Source: Trypanosoma brucei (Eukaryota). Taken from it: DNA of 64,000 nt. A program made the translations under genes and the position numbers. Where the stretch lies: positions 576,001 through 640,000 of the forward strand of contig CH464491.1 in assembly GCA_000002445.1 (NCBI GenBank), given 5' to 3'. Below, in pieces: positions 9,453 to 19,623 of the stretch; positions within the stretch are counted from its first letter, which is position 1, and the number at the start of each line of letters is the position of its first letter. The notes under the pieces are model-generated. The model did not search any database and was not told where the DNA came from. It was given only the letters and a program-made list of their open reading frames with translations.

Positions 9453-10457
9453 ATGCAAACGACCGGTGAGCTTACCCTGAAGCAGCAACTGCAACAGTCC
9501 GGAAGCAAAGGAAATGACGAGTTGCTTGGACGTCTCATGAGCCTTTACCGAGCTCTTTGCGTTCGCCATGATGAAGTTGGACAGGAGATGTTGCTCAATG
9601 ATATTCTGGCACTGCTGACACTCAACCATCAACACGACCTGGCAGAGCGTGTCATTGCCACATGCGAGATTAGTCTTCCTCATCGCTCTAATAACCAGGC
9701 CGCACGTTACTTTTATTACGTTGGCTTGACCCATGCACTGCGGTTAGGATACGTTGAAGCCGACCAGTTCCTTCAATACGCCCTGCGTAAGGCCCCGGAA
9801 CGGGCATCTGGCTTTCGCGTTGCAGCAACCAAGTTGTCCCTTGTTGTCCAGTTACTCCTTGGTGAGATCCCGCCGCGCTCTGACTTTCTCCAGAAGGATA
9901 TGCGTGAGTGTCTATCTCCCTACCTACAACTCACATCTTGCGTGCGTTTCGGACAGTTAGGTCGTTTCATGTCCATTCTTCAGCAGCATAAGGCCATCTT
10001 TGAGCACGATCGTACGTACTCTCTCATACTGCGCGTGAGGCAGCACGTGATCCGTACAGGTCTCCGCCGTATCTGTCAGGCATACAGCCGCATTAGTATT
10101 CCCGACGTCTGTGCCAAGCTATCTATGGAGAACCCAGATGATGCAGAATACATCATTGCAAAGGCTATTCGAAGCGGTGTAATAGATGCTGTTATTGATC
10201 ACGAGCAACGGCACCTAATCAGCAGCGAAACGGTGGACGTGTACTCTACCTCCGAGCCACTTCTTGCCCTTCAGCGTCGCATACAATTCCTGAATGCCAC
10301 CCACAACGAAGTGAAACGGTCTATGCGGTACTCTGCTGCGGACCCGGATTTGGAGGAGGAGCGACGCAAGGTGGATCGTGAGGAAATGGACAGTCTCCTA
10401 AGGGCCATAGAGGATGAGGAACTTGGTGGTGCTGACTTCGAAGACGGCCTACCGTAA
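9453..10457 (+). CDS. RPN3: 26S proteasome regulatory (lid) subunit RPN3, PCI domain
   Basis: The ORF-track start at 9384 is TTG and the first ATG is 9453 (MQTTGELTLK). The C-terminal PCI/winged-helix region AKAIRSGVIDAVIDHEQRHLISSETVDVYSTSEPLLALQRRIQFLNATHNEVKRSMRY is about 50% identical to human PSMD3 [57 protein letters not shown]. A polypyrimidine tract lies at 9353-9416 upstream. Confidence 0.75.
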   Translation: MQTTGELTLKQQLQQSGSKGNDELLGRLMSLYRALCVRHDEVGQEMLLNDILALLTLNHQHDLAERVIATCEISLPHRSNNQAARYFYYVGLTHALRLGYVEADQFLQYALRKAPERASGFRVAATKLSLVVQLLLGEIPPRSDFLQKDMRECLSPYLQLTSCVRFGQLGRFMSILQQHKAIFEHDRTYSLILRVRQHVIRTGLRRICQAYSRISIPDVCAKLSMENPDDAEYIIAKAIRSGVIDAVIDHEQRHLISSETVDVYSTSEPLLALQRRIQFLNATHNEVKRSMRYSAADPDLEEERRKVDREEMDSLLRAIEDEELGGADFEDGLP

Positions 10458-11226
10458 CCGCTAACAGCGGAGTGGCGCAGGACTGGAGGGAGAAAGAAAA
10501 GGTAAAGGGATGTGTATGGATAGGAGAAAACAAGGAAAGAGAATGAAACGTTGCAAAGGTGGTTTGCCACACAGATCGTTGGGTCGGGGCCTCTAGGTAC
10601 TAGTTGTGAGGTGTAACTCGTCGTGCTAAAGGTAATGTCCATATGAGATCACAAGACTTTTTTTGAGCGCGCAGAAGAAAAACCAGAAGGTGGTTTCAGG
10701 ATTTTCACCAAGAGTTGAGGTGCATCTCCCGCTTAGTCATTACATCGAAGGGAGGGCTGCTGTGCACTGAGCACTGACAAAAGGCTGTCAAACGAATTTG
10801 AGCTGTCACCACTTAGCATGTGTAGGCATACAGTTGAGCAGACATGCGTCAGCGTCAATGCGTTCTTATGTGTAAATTTCCTTTTGTTGCTACCTCCCAT
10901 TAACTACCCACGGTGTACTTTGAGTGACGCAAATCTCAGGAAGTCTGCACTCCTCTCTATTTGTCGATTCTTACCTTTGTTCCTCACACGAATGGGATTC
11001 TCATTTCCCCTGTAGCACGGGATTCAAGTTAAATTGCATTGTTCGACAGATGCAGCGGTACTATTCTCGTTTAATTTTCTTTTCTATTTTTCTTTTATCT
11101 CACCCCTTTCCCTACTCTTTCTGACACACACTTATACATATATATTCACGCAGTCGTTTCGGGATACCACAGACTGTGTGCAAACAAGTCTCCTTATTGG
11201 GGCGAATATAGATAGATCAGTGGGCG

Positions 11227-14200
11227 ATGAGCGACTCCATGGGTGAGGGACAGGACCTTGTTCCTATGACCCTTCCGGTGCCGGAGGTTATGCACGTCTC
11301 TGAACTTGATGTTACGGGACCGCTGCAACCTGGTGATGACTGCGCACAGAAGTCGCTCTCGGGTAATCTTCCGGATAAATGCATGTCTGTTTCATTTGCC
11401 AAAAGCTTGAGCGGCGTAGACCTCAGCATTTTGACACGTTCGGCGGGAAATGCGTCTCACACCTCTATCCGAAGTGGCAGTCGTGCGAGGGGGGGCAATA
11501 CAGAATCTTACGAACTCGCTGCTGTCATGGTTAGATCGTACCCACTCATGACCGTTGAGGGAACGGCGTTTTTAAACACAACACGGCCTCCAAGCTCGCT
11601 GGGGGGAACAGAGCCATCCGTGAGTCTTCGGCAAGATGCAGGCAGTCCCTCTGGGGTTGCTACCGACGATGAACCTCTGGGGGAGAGTTGCGTAAACTTG
11701 GCTGAAAGTGGTGAGCACAGTCGGACGTCCGCCAATGTGATGGCAATCGCCACTAGTCTCAAGCGTGCTTGCATGTGGCAGGTCATAATTACAAACTTTT
11801 TAGCGCACCGCGCGTGGATGGAAGCATTTCGCCGAAACAAACTGAGATCAGTTCTTGAGGTGCACCTTCTTCCCGTGATTCTCCGGAGACGTGGTAGAAT
11901 GAATTTGTCAGGACGGTTTACGCGGAGGGTCTGTGTTCAAAAGCCTGAGCTAGTGAGTAGAGATTCGACTGATTTATTGCAAGGCACGTACCTCTACGAC
12001 ACCGTGCCCATCCTAAAGACCTTGAGAAACGTAAAGTTCTGTGAAGCACTTACGGAGACTGTTTTGAAATACCGCTACAGCTGCGGCCAAGCAATAGCAA
12101 GCAGCGGGAATCCGGAGCAGAACGCTTTATATATTCTCGTCTCCGGCAAGTGCGATGCCATCACCCCAGCATCGGAGACAGGTGGAAAGGTGCGACGCCG
12201 ACGTCTCCAACCAGGTGAAACATTCGGTGGGCTATTTGGTGGTAAAGCGATATTCACAGATGTATATAGAGCCATATCTACCTGTGTGGTGTATGTTATT
12301 ACTAGAGAAAAGTTTGAAGAGTTGTTTTCTCAGTACGCTGACAGCAGTATGAAGGAAACATTCCTTGGTGCGTTACGCGACCACGAGATGGTGCGCCTAA
12401 AAAGGTTACACCCTCTACCCCAGTGCATAGCGCGCGTTCCCATATACCGTAAAAGTGAGCAGCTTGCAGGACAGGTCAACGAATACATTAAGGGGTTCAC
12501 ACCATTGGTGCTTTTACAAGGAGATGTGCTCTTTGAGCAGGGAGATCCTCCCGGCGATGTGTTTTGCCTCATTGAGGGGTATGTCCTGCGCGAGCAACTT
12601 GGTCCAGACATGAAGTACGAAAGCGGCACTCGGCAGGTTCTGGCACCGAACGAGCCGAACAATAACTTCGCACTGAGCACGCGGTTCCTGCTATTGGGAG
12701 AGGAGCCGCACATATTGCCGGGTCCGCTGCGCTACCGCTGCACTGTTGCCAGTCGTGCTGCTCTCTTTTTCAAGATCAATAGCGACAGCTTTGTGAATAT
12801 GCTACTGGATGACGCTAGTCTACTCATTAGGCTTCGGCAAAAGTACAAGGAACAACTGCAGCAGTGGATGCGAATTGCTCCCGAGGCACTCAGGCAAGTT
12901 CCCATGTTGGGGGAGATGCCACGACAAAATCTTAATACCATCATTCACGCTGCGGAACCGCGTGTGCTCGAGCGGTACGTTGCTGTGTGTGAGCCAGCTC
13001 GCGTCATCCGGGAGATTTATGTGTTAACGAAGGGCGATGTACGGGACCCGCGTCAATTTGATCATGTGCCAACGCAACCCCCCTCATTACCTCCCACGGA
13101 AAGCGAGTCTGTAGAGGAAGAGGCCGCGGGGAAGCAGCGAAAGGAAAAGGTCACCAAACGTGTGCCCTCCCCACGTGAAAGAAACTCTAAGGCTCAGAAA
13201 ACGGCCCAGCAACCTGTATCGCCGCTGAAGGAAGGCCGTCCGCGGAAAGGAAACAGGTCTGTTGCATCACTCGTTTGCAAATACACCGACGATAATGCAG
13301 TTCAATGGAGTTTTGAAGAGAATACCGAACTGCTGAAGGCTACAATTTATCCCGATGAGCGGCAGGAAATAACACCGCCACTTCCATTAAACCCGGAGAG
13401 GAATATTATCTGCACCATCGGTGGCGGATGGGAAGGCCTTCTACTGGAGAAGTGGCCTACCGGTTGGGAGACGACGACAACGGTGGAACTCTGGGCCATA
13501 CCGACACTGGCCATAAGGACGGAGTTCAACACTTTCCCCAAGGCGGCTCAAAATTCTATTCTTCGTTGCATTGGTGAAGTGCAAATGCGGGAGCTCGATC
13601 TTCCCACCCCGCCGAAGGTGAAGCTTCCACCAATGAGCATCTACACCCCAATCGAAAAGCGGCTAACGAAACCCGGTTTGAATGTTGACAGGGCCCCCCT
13701 TCGTTCACCGCGTAATGTTGGAGGAAGTGGAGCCTCGCACGACCGCTCCACCGCCGGAACCACAAGCAAAATTGGGCGGCAGCAGGCTGATGCTGCAAAT
13801 TCACAATCCAGTTTTACGACGAGGTCGTCGTCATTTTTCTCCGTTGACATCAGCACCGTGAAGCCTCCGCCTTCTGCGCTGACATCCAACAGGGATCCCA
13901 AAACCATGTCACCTAAACCGGCTGCAGTAGACACAAAGGTCCCCACGGTTCCGAAGACCCGCAAACAATTGGCACAGGTAACCGCGGCTGAGTCGGCGCC
14001 TGTTGAACCTCGCAAATCCAAGGCAGTGCCGGCCTCGTTGCTGTTGTTCCAACGGTTTTCCAAGAAAGTGACTGAGGAACCCCCAAAGATCACACCGGAA
14101 CTGCGAGCCATGTATGCTGGAGAGAAACCACAAAAAGGAATTGTACGTGAGTCGCCTCTCATAGAAGCTGACAAGCGACGAAGTCATAGTTGTCTGCCGA

Positions 14201-14568
14201 CGCTGCCCATAACAGCTTCTGCATGGCCGGTGTTGGCTGGAAGGAGGAAGCGGTGGTTTCCGATGGTACCCACGTTTGCACCCCTTCCGGGAACCCTGGA
14301 CAACGCGAACAACAAGGTGGATCCGCCTCATTTGGTCCCTAACACCTCCCACATGGTTATGCGTGAGAAGGGTTATAGGGATGTGCTGCAGTCACAAGTT
14401 GTTTATTTTACTTCGCTAGCAAATAGCAAAGCCTGTGAGGACCCAACGTACCTCTCGGTCTCCCCATGTACAACTGCAAGGTCCCGTTCCTCTCGTCATG
14501 GTGGGTCCACAGCAGCTCACATTGGTGCGGTACTGCCAACGCCTGGCCGGCATGCATACAGCTCTTAG
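11227..14568 (+). CDS. hypothetical protein with two cyclic-nucleotide-binding-like domains and a long disordered C-terminal half
   Basis: 1113-aa ORF starting at ATG 11227. The first cNMP-like domain is YSCGQAIASSGNPEQNALYILVSGKCDAI...LQPGETFGGLFGGKAIFTDVYRAISTCVVYVITREKFEELF (nt ~12070-12330). The second is LLQGDVLFEQGDPPGDVFCLIEGYVLRE (nt ~12500-12800). The C-terminal ~500 aa are S/T/P/K/R-rich low complexity. Confidence 0.6.
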   Translation: MSDSMGEGQDLVPMTLPVPEVMHVSELDVTGPLQPGDDCAQKSLSGNLPDKCMSVSFAKSLSGVDLSILTRSAGNASHTSIRSGSRARGGNTESYELAAVMVRSYPLMTVEGTAFLNTTRPPSSLGGTEPSVSLRQDAGSPSGVATDDEPLGESCVNLAESGEHSRTSANVMAIATSLKRACMWQVIITNFLAHRAWMEAFRRNKLRSVLEVHLLPVILRRRGRMNLSGRFTRRVCVQKPELVSRDSTDLLQGTYLYDTVPILKTLRNVKFCEALTETVLKYRYSCGQAIASSGNPEQNALYILVSGKCDAITPASETGGKVRRRRLQPGETFGGLFGGKAIFTDVYRAISTCVVYVITREKFEELFSQYADSSMKETFLGALRDHEMVRLKRLHPLPQCIARVPIYRKSEQLAGQVNEYIKGFTPLVLLQGDVLFEQGDPPGDVFCLIEGYVLREQLGPDMKYESGTRQVLAPNEPNNNFALSTRFLLLGEEPHILPGPLRYRCTVASRAALFFKINSDSFVNMLLDDASLLIRLRQKYKEQLQQWMRIAPEALRQVPMLGEMPRQNLNTIIHAAEPRVLERYVAVCEPARVIREIYVLTKGDVRDPRQFDHVPTQPPSLPPTESESVEEEAAGKQRKEKVTKRVPSPRERNSKAQKTAQQPVSPLKEGRPRKGNRSVASLVCKYTDDNAVQWSFEENTELLKATIYPDERQEITPPLPLNPERNIICTIGGGWEGLLLEKWPTGWETTTTVELWAIPTLAIRTEFNTFPKAAQNSILRCIGEVQMRELDLPTPPKVKLPPMSIYTPIEKRLTKPGLNVDRAPLRSPRNVGGSGASHDRSTAGTTSKIGRQQADAANSQSSFTTRSSSFFSVDISTVKPPPSALTSNRDPKTMSPKPAAVDTKVPTVPKTRKQLAQVTAAESAPVEPRKSKAVPASLLLFQRFSKKVTEEPPKITPELRAMYAGEKPQKGIVRESPLIEADKRRSHSCLPTLPITASAWPVLAGRRKRWFPMVPTFAPLPGTLDNANNKVDPPHLVPNTSHMVMREKGYRDVLQSQVVYFTSLANSKACEDPTYLSVSPCTTARSRSSRHGGSTAAHIGAVLPTPGRHAYSS

Positions 14569-15795
14569 CAAATGAAGGGTTGTGGTTGTGGATATGAGTA
14601 GGCCGCAGCTGGTGGGGAGTGAGTGGGCCAGTGGAGGAAATGCCTCACAACATTTCCTGTAGATGTTCATAGGGCGATGGGTGTGCATTATGTTCGTCCA
14701 TCGTGTTGCCACTGCTCTTTTCTCCTCTCCCCATGCGCTCTCCTTGCCTTTCATTTTAGGTGTTTGCCTTTTCCCCCCTTACCTGTGCCGAATTTCTCAC
14801 ATGCGGGTGCATGCATTGTTCACTTTTTTTTTTTACTGTTGCTGATATCGGTTTTTGTTTTTAGCTGTGATATGGTTGGCACCTTTTCCCCCTTTCCACA
14901 AAATGTGCAACGGTGAACACCCTTTTTTTTGGTATTTATTAGTATTTGGCCTCTTCTTTTGTAACTTTTTTTTCTTTGGCGGAAAAAGAGAGAGAGGCAG
15001 ATGATGGTGTCGATGACGATTTGATAAGCGGCACAAGGTTACTGCATTGACCGTGTGTTTCATGTAAATGTCGAATTAGAGTGCGAAAGAAATGAGGTTG
15101 GAGTCGTGTGTTTGTATCCCCTTCTCCCCCTCAAAAAAAAAATCAATAAAAGAAAAAAGAGGAAGATGAAAAGAATATGATAACAGTGGCTTCACGCATA
15201 TATACATTTGTATTCGTGAGCGCCTTTCAACCTCCGTTTGTCGATATACTACTTAATATGTATACGTTGGCCCCTTCTCCCCTTTCCTGTGTTATGCATT
15301 GGCTTTTCAGCAGTTGCGTGTGCGTAAACGAGCACACTTGCGCTCACGCACGCAGAAGTGCTCTCTGTGGCATATATGTAGTGATACGTTGGGGGTGAGC
15401 GGTCCCCTCACAAGAAGAAAACCTTTCACTGATTCAGTGTGTGTGTGTGGGAGAGAATTTTTAAAGTTTATTTCCTCCCTCCCTCCTTCCCCCATCACGA
15501 CTCTTCCTAAATTGCTGGTGTTGTCTTTAGTAGAGTATTTCTTTGGTGGTGGACTATGTGCTTCATTAAGGGCCACACACACATGGTCTAAACGATCCTT
15601 AAACCAGTACCCATCATCAGGATATCAACATTGCGCTTCGCTGCTTTTTAACACATTATAGTGTAGGAAGACTGGGAAGAAGGGGGTTCCTTACGTATAA
15701 ATTGGCAGATATATACTTTTACTCACATATCTTTCCCTTACATAGAGTTTGTGGGATTTTTTAAAACTTAGTTGCTGTTGAGCATTTAGTAGTAG

Positions 15796-17283
15796 ATGCA
15801 GGACCTCAACTGGGCCCTGGCGGAAAAGGGCACAAAGGTTGTGGAGGTTTCCCACGAGGCTGCACATGTCGCTAGTTCCGCCACGAATCTTCTTGTGGAC
15901 CGTGAAGAATTACTTTGGATAACGGGAGATGCTCCGCAGCACGTAACGCTGAGGTTAGCGAATCCCCATCCACCACTAAATTATGTTGGATGGCACGTTT
16001 GGCACGATTACGTCACCAACCCCAAAACTGTGGAGGTGGCGACGGGTGAGTCTCCTGATGAAATGGTGGCACAAATCGTGTGTCAGGCAGTTGCCGGGGC
16101 TGGCACGCAGATTTGGAAATTGCCAAGTCCCATCCCCGCCAATCACTTATATGTACGCATGAAGATAGTTGAAACCTTCGGGCCGGGGCCAACTTACTTG
16201 AATAATTTGGTACTCTTCGCTGATGACCCCGGAAGTCGATTCCGCATACTCCGCGGCGAAGAGAGGGATAAATCAATGGCCGATCCGAGAAACTTGTCTT
16301 CGGGTAAAATGAGCGTTCTCCTTCAAGAGTTAGGTCAGGACATACGATCATTACATCCCATCAAGACAGTAGCTTCAAAAAAAAACATGCTACTTTACGT
16401 TCCCAAGGAACCGGATGCCGTCATACGTCCCCAGGGGGAAGAGGATGTTACCTTTCAATCGTCGTCCCAACACGCGAATAATATAACACCGCGGTGCGGA
16501 ACAGATAGCGCGAGGCAGTGCCATCTAGACTCTGGAAGTGGTTTTCAAGCTTCCAGTGACTTTCCAGGTGGTTTCAACGAACGGTTGTGTGCACTAGAGC
16601 AGGCGGTCGCATCTCTAACTCAAACAATGAATCATCAGCGTGAGGATCTTACGATGATTAAACGCCTTCTGCTTCAACAGGCTACAGACAGGCGGCGGGA
16701 GATAGAACGCCAGGGTAACGGCCCAGGCATCGCGTTGCCGCAACATGGCACCCACCCTGTGTCTCACCATCAGGTTTGCGTGGACTTTCCTGAACGAGCC
16801 CTTCGCACATTTGTGGAGGAAGTCGTGAGGCCGAAGCTGCAAAAGCACTCTAGACGGACTGAGACTCAAACTATAGCAAAGCTCGATGAATTCTTAAAGG
16901 ACGTTATTGGGGAAATGACCCAAGTAGTGGATGAACGAGTTCGGTTCCACATTCAGCGGGCCTCGTGCAATAGCAGCGTCAGTACAGGGTTTCATGCCTC
17001 GTGCAGCGGTGGGAGCCTCCAACCGTGCTCACCACACCTGTCGGTCAGCGGCGTGAATGCCAGCAGACCATCAGTCATTGCGGATTCCTCTATTCCCCAA
17101 ACTAACGGGTTCCCACCGGGATCCTTTTCATCTTCGGTTCATGGGTATTCTGCTGCGGCTAGGCATAATTCACCTGCAACCTCTTGTCACGATCCTATCA
17201 GCGTACCCTCTACGGCCGTGCGTGATGTGTCGTTCGAAGTGGATATGACCAGCACAAGGAACACGACACCCAGACCACAGTAA
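15796..17283 (+). CDS. hypothetical protein with an N-terminal galactose-binding-like (F5/8 type C / IFT25-like) domain
   Basis: 495-aa ORF starting at ATG 15796. The N-terminus LAEKGTKVVEVSHEAAHVASSATNLLVDREELLWITGDAPQHVTLRLANPHP...HLYVRMKIVETFGPGPTYLNNLVLFADD follows the pattern of discoidin/APC10-like jelly-roll domains: GxxVVxxSS...NLLDxxxxxxWxTxGxxPQxxxIxL. Confidence 0.5.
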   Translation: MQDLNWALAEKGTKVVEVSHEAAHVASSATNLLVDREELLWITGDAPQHVTLRLANPHPPLNYVGWHVWHDYVTNPKTVEVATGESPDEMVAQIVCQAVAGAGTQIWKLPSPIPANHLYVRMKIVETFGPGPTYLNNLVLFADDPGSRFRILRGEERDKSMADPRNLSSGKMSVLLQELGQDIRSLHPIKTVASKKNMLLYVPKEPDAVIRPQGEEDVTFQSSSQHANNITPRCGTDSARQCHLDSGSGFQASSDFPGGFNERLCALEQAVASLTQTMNHQREDLTMIKRLLLQQATDRRREIERQGNGPGIALPQHGTHPVSHHQVCVDFPERALRTFVEEVVRPKLQKHSRRTETQTIAKLDEFLKDVIGEMTQVVDERVRFHIQRASCNSSVSTGFHASCSGGSLQPCSPHLSVSGVNASRPSVIADSSIPQTNGFPPGSFSSSVHGYSAAARHNSPATSCHDPISVPSTAVRDVSFEVDMTSTRNTTPRPQ

Positions 17284-17650
17284 GAGTATTTTTTTTTTAA
17301 ATTTTCGTATCTGCTGTTTCTCCTCCCCCCCCCTGTTCTTTCAGTGTGTGTGTAGCGGGTGTTGCTGATCCACCCGCTGGTGTTTGGGTACTTCACGGTT
17401 TTTGTTCTTTGTTTTGAGACGGTTGTCGCCTTGAAGATCCAATGTCTAGTATACGAGCTTACTTCCTATCACTTCTCCCCGATTTATTTTTGTAGATTTT
17501 TTTCATTTTTATATGGCGAAGTACGGCATCGGGGCACGTTGTAGAGTGTGACACAAGTGGCACCGCATTTTGTCGCGGAGCCCGTCCCCCTTAAACTTTT
17601 CCCCCCTTTCTGTTTACTATACACATACATACATACCTTTGTGTGTGTGC

Positions 17651-17671
17651 ATATATATATATATATATATA
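17651..17671. repeat. (AT)n microsatellite preceded by (GT)4
   Basis: gtgtgtgtgcatatatatatatatatatatag. Confidence 0.9.
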
Positions 17672-18269
17672 GGGATGATTAACTGTTTCTGGGACCGCGT
17701 GTTCGTCCTTTTGGTTCCGCTCGTACGTGCACAAATTTCCATATATATTATGTTATGTTATGTCATAGGGTGTTTGCTTATCTTTCTCTCCTCCGGGGGT
17801 TATATGTCGTGCACCCGCATTCATATTCGACCCTATTTCGTTTCGCCTTCGTTCCTTTCGTTGCAAGAGATTTACTTTATTTATTTGTTTCTTGCCCCTG
17901 CTTACCATATGGGTGAGACCTCAGGTATATCCTATCGGTTTCCATCCCTTCTTGTGTTTTTATTGTGTCTGAATTTTTTGGAATGTTTGAGACGACGACC
18001 AGTCTCTCGTTTGCAATGATCTTCTTTCTTGCTTCCTCTAAATCAAGCATCCGCCTCTAGAAAAGATATTGGGCACCGGGTGTGAAGCCATTATTGTCTG
18101 GAATAGGAAGTAAGGTTGTATTCGTTTGTTAGGGGACAAGGAGGATAAGCGTGCCCGATTTTGTGGGTTGTAAGGGTTGACCGCGGGGAGTAACAACTGC
18201 AGGTGCAAGCAAAAAAAAAAACACTAGGCGGTGGCGAACTAATAAGAGGTCGAGTGACTCTTTTCTGAG

Positions 18270-18734
18270 ATGCAGTCGCGGCGTAACTCGATGATGAATC
18301 GCGTCTGCCGTAAATACGCTCGAGTACCTGGTCAACACGGTGACGGTAATGTACCTGCATTTTATCCCATCGCTATCAACCCCGGCTGGTGGGGACAGCC
18401 TTTCGGTAAGGTGAAGGACGCCAAAGGGCAAATTCTTTTTTTCTACGGCCTTGTGTTACCAATCGCTCTGTACTGGATATTTGATGTCACGTTCGCCCAG
18501 CGCACACGTGTCGGCAACGTCGGCAAGCGGCCGATGTACTCTAACTTCTTTTTTAGACAAATGGACCTGGATGACCCAGATCACGCCATCAAGTATGAGA
18601 AACTGCGGCAGGAAATAGCGGAGAATAAGTTAGAAGTCCGCTGGGGCGGGACGAACTTCTTGGCAAGTTACTTATGGGAGCCCGGTGATCCGGAGCCCGA
18701 CATACGCCGTCGTGAGGTACATGCACATCACTAA
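18270..18734 (+). CDS. hypothetical small membrane protein
   Basis: 154-aa ORF at ATG 18270 in the sense orientation of the cluster. It has one predicted TM helix (ILFFYGLVLPIALYWIFDV) and protein-like composition. I recognise no family. Confidence 0.4.
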   Translation: MQSRRNSMMNRVCRKYARVPGQHGDGNVPAFYPIAINPGWWGQPFGKVKDAKGQILFFYGLVLPIALYWIFDVTFAQRTRVGNVGKRPMYSNFFFRQMDLDDPDHAIKYEKLRQEIAENKLEVRWGGTNFLASYLWEPGDPEPDIRRREVHAHH

Positions 18735-19623
18735 TCCGAGAATGAAACGGCATATTTTGAAATGGCGGTGGTGGGACACATATATGTGTACATGCCATGG
18801 TTTCGTGATTATTGTGGGTGTCGCATATTTTTTTTTTTTTTTTAGGATAGCAGATGAAACTTTTTTTGAAAGTTTTGGTGTGGGGGCGTATCTTTGATTT
18901 CTCCGACGTTGCGAGAGGCGGTAAGCAGTCAACAGTTGTCGGTGTGGTAGTAGGGTCGGCGTTAATTTAGTGATTGTGACATGACATTACCTTTCTTTCC
19001 CCATTTCTGCAAGTGACCTGCTACTTATGTGGCGGCGTTGCTTTTAACAGTAAGAGGGCACGTGCGTAGGATCACCCTTGTGTTGTTGTTAGCTATGGCT
19101 GCGGTAATCCCGTGTTTTTTATTTTATTTTATCGTACTTGCTTGTTGTCACGGTTGTACACAATCATTGGCGTCGTAGTAGTACGGGTACAGCTTCGCCT
19201 GTTTGTGGCTGCAAGCAATGGAGCGAGTAAGCGTACACGTTTATGTCGTTGTTCTTCCCCTCTTTTCCCCTCTTGTGCTGTCAGTATTATTGTTATTATT
19301 ATTGTTTTTTTTAAAGTTTCTTCTCATCCGCTCAATATCACGTGCTGGGGGAAGGCCCCACGTGAGACGGTTGTTGGTGGTGTGTCGGTACCTTTCATAA
19401 ACGCAGTGCCGCGACAACCTTTTTGACCCTTTCTTCTTCTTCTTTCCTCAACCTTTCTTTTCTTGTGTGCGAATGCGCTGTATTGTCTCGCACCTCTTTA
19501 AGCTGGTATGACTGGGAAATTATAAAGGTAGGGAGACGAACTGTGTTGTGTGTCTTTTCAGGCGTGACAAAGTGAGATACCGTTCGTTTAGGGCCACCGA
19601 AGTAGTTGTTACGGAATCAGTGA

